56,475 bases of DNA from Pseudomonadota bacterium. Lineage in GTDB: Bacteria; Pseudomonadota; Gammaproteobacteria; Thiohalospirales; Thiohalospiraceae. The stretch lies in assembly GCA_051745535.1 (NCBI GenBank), contig JBNJED010000001.1, forward strand, positions 1-56,475. The letters run 5' to 3'. Position 1 is the stretch's first letter, and the number at the start of each line of letters is the position of its first letter. A program made the position numbers and the translations under genes. The notes beneath the pieces are model-generated. The model was not told where the DNA came from, searched no databases, and saw only the letters and a program-made list of their open reading frames with translations. Positions 8,570 to 14,994 of this stretch are shown here, piece after piece.

Positions 8570-9292
8570 TCACCCCTCCCCTGCCGCGGCCCGGTCGACG
8601 AATAGCCGGTACTCCCCGACCGGGTCCAGCCGCGCCACCGGCACACTGGCATCGCCGGCCCGCAGCCGGGCCACGGCGTCGGCCTTCTCGGCCCCGGTGG
8701 CCAGCAGCCATACCCCCCGGGCGGCGTGGATGGCGGGGTAGGTCAGGGTCATCCGCCACGCCCGCAATCGCGGCACGTAGTTGGCGACGACGCTGCGCCC
8801 CGGGCCCGCATCGGTCTCGTGGAGGGCGCAGGTCCCGGGAAAGAGCGAGGCGGTGTGGCCGTCGGGCCCCATACCCAGCAGGACCAGGTCCAGCGCCGGC
8901 CAGCCGCCGGCATCCCGGGGGGCGTACCGTGCCAGCTCCTGCCGATAGGCGGCGGCGTCCTGGCGAATGGTGGCCACCGCCGGCCGCATGGGGTGGATCT
9001 GTTCAGGGGGAATGGGCACGTGGTCCAGCAGCGCCTGCCGGCTCATGCGCTCGTTGGAGTCGGGATCGTCCGGCGGCACGGCGCGCTCGTCGCCGAACCA
9101 GACGTGGAGCCGCTGCCAGGGCAGATCCATGCCCGCCAGGCGGCGGTAGAGCCGCTCCGGGGTCCGGCCCCCGGCCAGGGCGATGTGGAAAGGCCCCTTG
9201 CCGGCCTCCAGGAGGCTGGCAAGGTCGGCAGCGGCGGCGGCCGCCACCGCCTCGGCATCGCTCTCGGTCTGCCACTGCGGCTGCGTCATCAT
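8570..9292 (-). CDS. pgl: 6-phosphogluconolactonase
   Basis: ALAGGRTP, FGDERAVP..DSN, LLGMGPDGHTASLFP and RMTLT. GGAGG RBS. Confidence 0.93.
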   Translation of the reverse strand: MMTQPQWQTESDAEAVAAAAAADLASLLEAGKGPFHIALAGGRTPERLYRRLAGMDLPWQRLHVWFGDERAVPPDDPDSNERMSRQALLDHVPIPPEQIHPMRPAVATIRQDAAAYRQELARYAPRDAGGWPALDLVLLGMGPDGHTASLFPGTCALHETDAGPGRSVVANYVPRLRAWRMTLTYPAIHAARGVWLLATGAEKADAVARLRAGDASVPVARLDPVGEYRLFVDRAAAGEG

Positions 9293-9375
9293 CTGCCTCC
9301 CGATTGCTCTTCCCAGTGTGCGCCGCCCGGCCCTCGCTTGCTATATTGAAATCTCATTCCAGCGGAGACGGGAGC

Positions 9376-10659
9376 ATGGCCGAGCCTCAGGGTACCCGGG
9401 AAGAAGGTGCGGTCACCGAGGGCTACGAACAAGCCCTGGCGCTGATGCACCGCTGTGCCACTACCGACGGCTTCCTCGCCTCCCCCACCGACCATGCCAA
9501 CTACCACCGGGTCTGGTCCCGTGACGGCGCCGTGCTGGGCCTGGCCGCCCTGGCCAGCGGCGACGACGCACTCGTAGCCACCCTCCGGGCGACCCTGGAG
9601 ACCCTGGCGCGCCACCAGGGGCCCCACGGCGAGATCCCGAGCAACGTGGAGCCGAACAGCGTGCGGGTCTCCTTCGGTGGCACCGCCGGCCGAGTGGACG
9701 CCAGCCTCTGGTTCATCATCGCCTGCGGTGAGTACTGGGCCACCACCGGGGACGACGCCTTCATCGAGGCGATGCTGCCGACCCTGGAGCGGACCCGCTT
9801 CCTCCTCGGCGCCTGGGAGTTCAACAACCGCGGTCTGCTCTACATCCCCCAGACCGGGGACTGGGCCGACGAGTACATCCAGTCCGGCTACGTCCTCTAC
9901 GACCAGCTCCTCTACCTCCAGGCGCTGCGCACCCTCTGCCGGATCCACGGCCACGTCCACGGCTCCGCCGACCACGCCATGGTCGAGCGCGCCGGGCGGC
10001 TCTACCACCTCATCCGCGCCAACTACTGGTTCAGTAACGGCGACGATGCCGGCGAGGATGCCTACCATCCGGTCCTCTACCAGCGCGGGAAGGAGGCGGC
10101 GGCTCTGCGGGAAGACGACCACCGCTACTGGATGCCCTTCTTCTCCCCCACCGGCTACGGCTTCCGCTTCGACGCCTTCGCCAACGTCCTCGCCTCCCTG
10201 CTGCGGGTGGCCTACGACGACCAGCGCGCCGAGGTGGACGCCTACATCCGCGAGCTGGCCCCGACGGGGATGGAGCTGCTGCCGGCCTTCCACCCCGTCA
10301 TCCGCCCCGACGAGAGCGCCTGGCAGGAGCTGCAGACCAACTTCTCCTACAGCTTCCGCAACCACCCCCACGAGTACCACAACGGCGGCCTCTGGCCGCT
10401 CATCACCGGCTTCTACGTCGCCGACCTGGCCGAGCGCGACCCGGCCGCCGCCCGCCACCACCTGGCCGCCCTGGACCGCGCCAATGCCCTGTCCATGGAG
10501 GGCGAGCCGTGGGGCTTCCCCGAATTCGTCCACGGCACCGAGCTCACCGCCGGCGGCACCCGCCATCAGGGGTGGAGCGCCGCCGCGGCGGTCATCGGCC
10601 ACCGGGCCATCGCCGGCGCCCCGATCCTGCGCCTGACCGGGGGCCCCAGAGATGGCTGA
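9376..10659 (+). CDS. GH100-like (alkaline/neutral invertase-like) glycoside hydrolase
   Basis: NYHRVWSRD, VDASLWF, YHNGGLWP and FPEF match the GH100 motifs NYxxVFxRD, VDSxLWW, YHNGGSWP and WPEY. Both acidic catalytic positions appear retained. Confidence 0.75.
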   Translation: MAEPQGTREEGAVTEGYEQALALMHRCATTDGFLASPTDHANYHRVWSRDGAVLGLAALASGDDALVATLRATLETLARHQGPHGEIPSNVEPNSVRVSFGGTAGRVDASLWFIIACGEYWATTGDDAFIEAMLPTLERTRFLLGAWEFNNRGLLYIPQTGDWADEYIQSGYVLYDQLLYLQALRTLCRIHGHVHGSADHAMVERAGRLYHLIRANYWFSNGDDAGEDAYHPVLYQRGKEAAALREDDHRYWMPFFSPTGYGFRFDAFANVLASLLRVAYDDQRAEVDAYIRELAPTGMELLPAFHPVIRPDESAWQELQTNFSYSFRNHPHEYHNGGLWPLITGFYVADLAERDPAAARHHLAALDRANALSMEGEPWGFPEFVHGTELTAGGTRHQGWSAAAAVIGHRAIAGAPILRLTGGPRDG

Positions 10660-11503
10660 CCGCCTGCTGCTCTGCTCGGATCTGGACCGCACCCTGCTGC
10701 CCAACGGCCGCTGGCCGGAGTCGCCGCAGGCCCGCCCCCGGCTGCGCGCCTTCGCCGCCCGTCCGGAGACCGCCATCGCCTACGTCAGCGGCCGCCACGA
10801 GGCGCTGCTGCACGCCGCCATCGCCGAGTACGACCTGCCGGAGCCCGACTTCGCCATCGGCGACGTGGGCACCACCATCTACCGTATCGCGAACGGGCGC
10901 TGGACCCCCTGGCAGGCGTGGCACGACCACATCGCCCCCGACTGGGCCGGCCGCGACCGCGACGCCATCGCCGCCGCCCTGGCCGACCTGCCGGAACTCA
11001 CGCCCCAGGAGCCGGAGAAGCAGAACACCTTCAAGTGCTCCTGGTACGCCCCTACGGACACCGACCGCGACGCCCTCCTGGCCCGGGTCCGGGAACGGCT
11101 GGATCCCATGGGGATCCGTGCCAGCCTCATCTGGTCCATCGACGAGGCCGCCGATACCGGCCTGCTGGATATCCTCCCCGAGCGCGCCACCAAGCGCCAC
11201 GCCGTGGAGTTCCTGGTGGACCAGCTGGGCTTCGCCCGGGAGTCCACCGTCTTCGCCGGCGACTCCGGCAACGACCTGCCCGTCTTCGACAGCGGCCTGG
11301 AGGCGGTGCTGGTCCGCAACGCCGCCGACGATGTCTGCGCCGAGGCCCGCGAGCGGGTCACGACCACCGGCCACCCGGAGCGGCTCTACGTCGCCGAGGG
11401 CGACTTCCTGGGCATGAACGGCTACTACGCCGCCGGGGTACTGGAGGGGGTGGCCAACTTCCACCCCCGAGCGGCCGAGTGGATGGCGCTGCCGGGGGAA
11501 TAG
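10652..11503 (+). CDS. HAD-IIB hydrolase, sucrose-phosphate phosphatase-like
   Basis: LLCSDLDRTL (DxD motif), YVSGR, LDILP...K and FAGDSGND. Confidence 0.82.
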   Translation: MADRLLLCSDLDRTLLPNGRWPESPQARPRLRAFAARPETAIAYVSGRHEALLHAAIAEYDLPEPDFAIGDVGTTIYRIANGRWTPWQAWHDHIAPDWAGRDRDAIAAALADLPELTPQEPEKQNTFKCSWYAPTDTDRDALLARVRERLDPMGIRASLIWSIDEAADTGLLDILPERATKRHAVEFLVDQLGFARESTVFAGDSGNDLPVFDSGLEAVLVRNAADDVCAEARERVTTTGHPERLYVAEGDFLGMNGYYAAGVLEGVANFHPRAAEWMALPGE

Positions 11504-11536
11504 CGCCCTTTCCCGGCATCGCGAACGGAGACGATT

Positions 11537-11668
11537 CCGAAAAGGCCCGGCGGGCGGTACAAGTCCCTGATACCCGATCGTCGGCAGCAGGGATGCTGCC
11601 GTCGAGCCGACAGGGACGTCTTTACGGCGTATCGGGTATCAGGGACTTGTGCCGACCGCCCCGAAGCA
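11537..11668 (+). repeat. Structured intergenic repeat, copy A
   Basis: 30-bp inverted arms 11549-11578 / 11631-11660 (28/30 Watson-Crick) enclose the hairpin cggcagcAGGGAtgctgccg and the segment ACAGGGACGT. Near-identical reverse copy at 39601-39730. Confidence 0.9.
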
Positions 11669-11755
11669 TACGGACTTCCCTGCCCCCGGGATTGAATCAC
11701 CGTCGCCACCGCGTATCCTGTGGCCTCCGACCAGTGTCCGCGAGCGGGGGTGGCC

Positions 11756-11962
11756 ATGGATCCCAGCGAGGAGAGCGAACTCCGCCAGCGCCTGGAGGCC
11801 CTGCGCGAGGAGCACCGTGACCTCGACGAGGCCGTGGCGCGCCTGGCCGGGGATCCGGCCATGAACCGGCTCCAGCTTACGCGGCTGAAGAAGCGCAAGC
11901 TCCAGCTCAAGGACGCCATCGCCCATATCGAGAGCCGACTGATACCCGACCTCAATGCCTGA
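11756..11962 (+). CDS. DUF465 / YdcH family small coiled-coil protein
   Basis: LREEHRDLD...RLKKRKLQLKDAI. Possible promoter TTGAAT(11692)-N16-TATCCT(11714). Confidence 0.88.
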   Translation: MDPSEESELRQRLEALREEHRDLDEAVARLAGDPAMNRLQLTRLKKRKLQLKDAIAHIESRLIPDLNA

Positions 11963-12974
11963 TTCCGAGACCGAAGCCCCCCAGGGGATCGCCGACCTTT
12001 GCGCCCGCCAGGGCGTCCCCCTCCACGCCTTCGACCTGGGGCGCCAGCTCACCCCGGTGGATGTCGAGACCCTGGCCGCAGTGGAGCGCGGCGATACCCC
12101 GTGGCCCCTGCCCTTCCAGGGCCGGGCGCGGCTGGGGCTGGTGGGCGAGACCGGCGCCGACCCCTTCGTCTGGTTCCTGGCCCTGCCCCTGGACGAGGCG
12201 GGCTACCTCCACCCGGCGGTGCGCGACGACCTCCTGGCCCGGCTGGCCGAGGCGCCACTGCGGGAGCAGGACCCCAACGAGAGCGACCCCCTGGGCGACA
12301 ACCCCTACGGCTTCACCCCGGATCCCGAGCGCATGGCGGCCCTGCACGCCCGGGCCGGCCGGCTCCTGGGACGCGAACCCTCCGCCTACTACGAGCATGT
12401 CCGGATCTATCTCACCGGCGCCCACGGCTGGGACCAGTGGGCCTTCCTGGGGCTGCAGGGGCTGGCGGACATCGCCGAGCGGCTGGACGAGGGGGACAAC
12501 GCCGAGCGGGTGGCGACCGCCATCCCGCAGCTCCCGGCCACGCCCTTCGAGGCCCTAGCGCGCCAGCTGGAGCACGTTACGGTACCGGAGCCGGTGGCCG
12601 CGGCCCTGCTGGAGCGGGCGGAGACCGCTACCGGGACCGAGGCGGCTGCCGTCCTGCGCGGGCTCACCGGCGCCACCGAGGAGGGGCCGCGCCGGGCATG
12701 GCTGATCCGCCGCCTGGAGGGGCTGGATCCGGAGACGGAGGCCGAGTTCCTGGCCGCGGTGGCCGGCCGCGCCTGGGCCGACCTCGCCGATCCCGCCGTG
12801 GCCGGCGCCTTCCTGGAGGCGCTGGCGGGGACGGGCCAGGAGGTCTTCTCCAAGACCATCACGGAACTGGTGGCCCTGCCGGGGATGCGCGAGGCCCTGC
12901 GCGACGCCATCGCCGACCCGGGGCGCAGCGAGGCGGTGAGCCGCGCCGCGGCAGCCCTGCCGACCCTGCCCTGA
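11955..12974 (+). CDS. DUF3549 family protein
   Basis: FDLGR, VWFLALPLDEAG, DNPYGFTP..ERMA and WxxLGLQGLAD. Confidence 0.78.
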   Translation: MPDSETEAPQGIADLCARQGVPLHAFDLGRQLTPVDVETLAAVERGDTPWPLPFQGRARLGLVGETGADPFVWFLALPLDEAGYLHPAVRDDLLARLAEAPLREQDPNESDPLGDNPYGFTPDPERMAALHARAGRLLGREPSAYYEHVRIYLTGAHGWDQWAFLGLQGLADIAERLDEGDNAERVATAIPQLPATPFEALARQLEHVTVPEPVAAALLERAETATGTEAAAVLRGLTGATEEGPRRAWLIRRLEGLDPETEAEFLAAVAGRAWADLADPAVAGAFLEALAGTGQEVFSKTITELVALPGMREALRDAIADPGRSEAVSRAAAALPTLP

Positions 12975-12980
12975 GCCCCT

Positions 12981-14489
12981 TCAGTCTGCCAGGGCCTGCC
13001 GCAGGCCGGCGATGAGGGTGTCCAGAACCCGGATGCGGGCGACCTTCTTGTCCTCGGCCGGCACCAGCGTCCAGGGGGCGCGGGTGGTGGAGGTCCGCGC
13101 CACCATCTCCTCCACGGCGCGCTCGTAGTCGGCCCGGCGCTCCCGGTTGCGCCAGTCCTCGTCGGTGATCTTGTGCTGCTTCCAGGGGGTCTCCTCCCGC
13201 TCCCGGAAGCGGCGCAGCTGCTCCTCGTCGCTGATGTGCAGCCAGAACTTGGCGACCACCGTGCCGTGGTCGGTAAGCTCCTCCTCGAGGCGATTGATCT
13301 CGGCGTAGGCGCGCATCCAGTCCGCCTCGGCGGCGAGGCCCTCCACTCGCTCCACCAGTACCCGGCCGTACCAGGAGCGGTCGTAGAGGGTGGCGTAGCC
13401 ATCCCGGGGGACCTGCCGCCAGAAGCGCCAGAGGTAGTGGTGCGCCGACTCCTCGTCGGTGGGGGCGGCCACCGAGATCACGCGGTGCAGCCGGGCATCC
13501 AGGGCGGCGATGACCCGACGGATGGCCGAGCCCTTGCCGGCGGCATCCCACCCCTCGAAGACGGCCACCAGGGAGCGGCCGGCATCCCACGCCGCCCAGG
13601 CCAGCTCGTGGAGTTCCCGCTGGCGGGCCTTGAGCTGTTCGCGGTAGTCGGGCTCCTCCAGCCGCTGGCCGAGGTCCACCGCCCCCAGCAGCGACGGCCC
13701 CTCCCCGGCCGCCTCGGCAGGCCGGTGGGCCGTTACCGCCGGGGCCGGGGTCCCCTGCTCCGCCCGGGACTCCATGGCCTCGCACAGCGTCCGGCCCAGG
13801 GTGAGATCGCGGTGGCGGCCGTTGCCGGCCTCGATGATGAACCAGGGGCTCTCGCCGGTATCGGTGGTCCGGATGACCTCCTCGGCGGCCGCGCGCAGCG
13901 CCGGGTAGTGGGTCTCCGGCTCCGCCTCCAGGGGGCCGGCCGCGTGGCGGCGCGCCCGGAGGGCGGCGGCATCGGCCTGGCGCTCCTTCCTGCGCCGCTT
14001 GGCCATCCGCTCGGCCTGGCGGTCGGCGGAGAGGTGGAGCCAGAACTTCACTACCAGGGCGCCATCCCGGGTCAGGGTGCGCTCCAGGTCGGCGATGCGA
14101 TGGAGTTCGCGCTCGCGCTCCATCGCATCCACCTCCCCCAGGGCGCTGCCGTGCAGCGGCCGGCGATACCAGCCGTCGAAGAACAGCGCGATCTCCCCGG
14201 CCCCGGGCAGGCGGCGCCAGTAGCGCCAGTGGTCGGGGCGCTGGCGCTCCTCGTCGGTCTCGTCCCAGAAGGCGGCGGTAACCATGCCGCGGGTGTCCAG
14301 CCATTTGTTCAGGCGGTCGGCCACCCCGGCCCGGCCGGCGGCCTCCATGCCGGCGAGGAGGATGACCAGGGGCCGCCGCTGCCCCTGGAGCGCCCACTGG
14401 GCCTGCAGAAGCCGGGTCCGCAGCTCGGGCTCGGCGGCCTTGAAGTCGGCCTTGTCCAGCCGCCGGCCCAGTTCGGCGGTCTCGAACAC
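12981..14489 (-). CDS. pap: Polyphosphate:AMP phosphotransferase (two-domain PPK2)
   Basis: MFETAELG start and two PPK2 domains. C-terminal EGWDAAGKG, YLWRFW and DRSWYGRVLVERVEG. Confidence 0.92.
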   Translation of the reverse strand: MFETAELGRRLDKADFKAAEPELRTRLLQAQWALQGQRRPLVILLAGMEAAGRAGVADRLNKWLDTRGMVTAAFWDETDEERQRPDHWRYWRRLPGAGEIALFFDGWYRRPLHGSALGEVDAMERERELHRIADLERTLTRDGALVVKFWLHLSADRQAERMAKRRRKERQADAAALRARRHAAGPLEAEPETHYPALRAAAEEVIRTTDTGESPWFIIEAGNGRHRDLTLGRTLCEAMESRAEQGTPAPAVTAHRPAEAAGEGPSLLGAVDLGQRLEEPDYREQLKARQRELHELAWAAWDAGRSLVAVFEGWDAAGKGSAIRRVIAALDARLHRVISVAAPTDEESAHHYLWRFWRQVPRDGYATLYDRSWYGRVLVERVEGLAAEADWMRAYAEINRLEEELTDHGTVVAKFWLHISDEEQLRRFREREETPWKQHKITDEDWRNRERRADYERAVEEMVARTSTTRAPWTLVPAEDKKVARIRVLDTLIAGLRQALAD

Positions 14490-14492
14490 CGT

Positions 14493-14789
14493 CTAGCTGC
14501 CTTCTTCCTCGGCGATCCAGCCGTCCAGGGTGTCCCGGATCTTCTTCGCCTGGTCGACGCTGGAGATGTTGAAGCGGGACTTGGGGATGAAGCTACCGCT
14601 GCGCTTCTGGTAGCGGCGGATGGTGAAGCGGACCTGGCCGAAGTCGCCGGTGCTGCGGTCGAGCTCGGTGTACTTGAACAGGATGGTGGTCCAGGCGCCG
14701 CGGGTGAGCACGGCCTTGTCCAGTTCGCGCACCACCTCCTCGCTGCCCTCGTGGTAGGCGACGGTGAGGTCGTCGATGGCCTCGGCCAT
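14493..14789 (-). CDS. Conserved hypothetical protein (98 aa), possible PC4-like fold
   Basis: AAGGAG RBS, ATG 14789 and typical codon usage. The segment FTIRRYQKRSGSFIPKSRFNISSVDQAKKI resembles PC4-family strands. Confidence 0.75.
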   Translation of the reverse strand: MAEAIDDLTVAYHEGSEEVVRELDKAVLTRGAWTTILFKYTELDRSTGDFGQVRFTIRRYQKRSGSFIPKSRFNISSVDQAKKIRDTLDGWIAEEEGS

Positions 14790-14881
14790 GGTAGTTCTCC
14801 TTGTCTCGGTTGATTCGTCTCGAAAGGTCGGGCGGGGGGAGCCTACTATCGCGAGGGTGGACGCGGATGGGCAAGGGCCGA

Positions 14882-14947
14882 CCGGGACACGGCGTGCATA
14901 CGTCCCTGAAGCCTCCACGGCGGCATCCCTGCCGCCGAGGGTCCCGG
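14882..14947 (-). repeat. Structured intergenic repeat, diverged core copy C
   Basis: A ccgggac/gtcccgg outer stem encloses acggcgtgcatacgtccctgaagcctccacggcggcatccctgccgccgagg, which is colinear with the core of copies A and B. Confidence 0.75.
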
Positions 14948-14994
14948 CGACCCCCGCGGGGCCCGGCCTCACTCTCGCCCGTAACTTCTACCGT

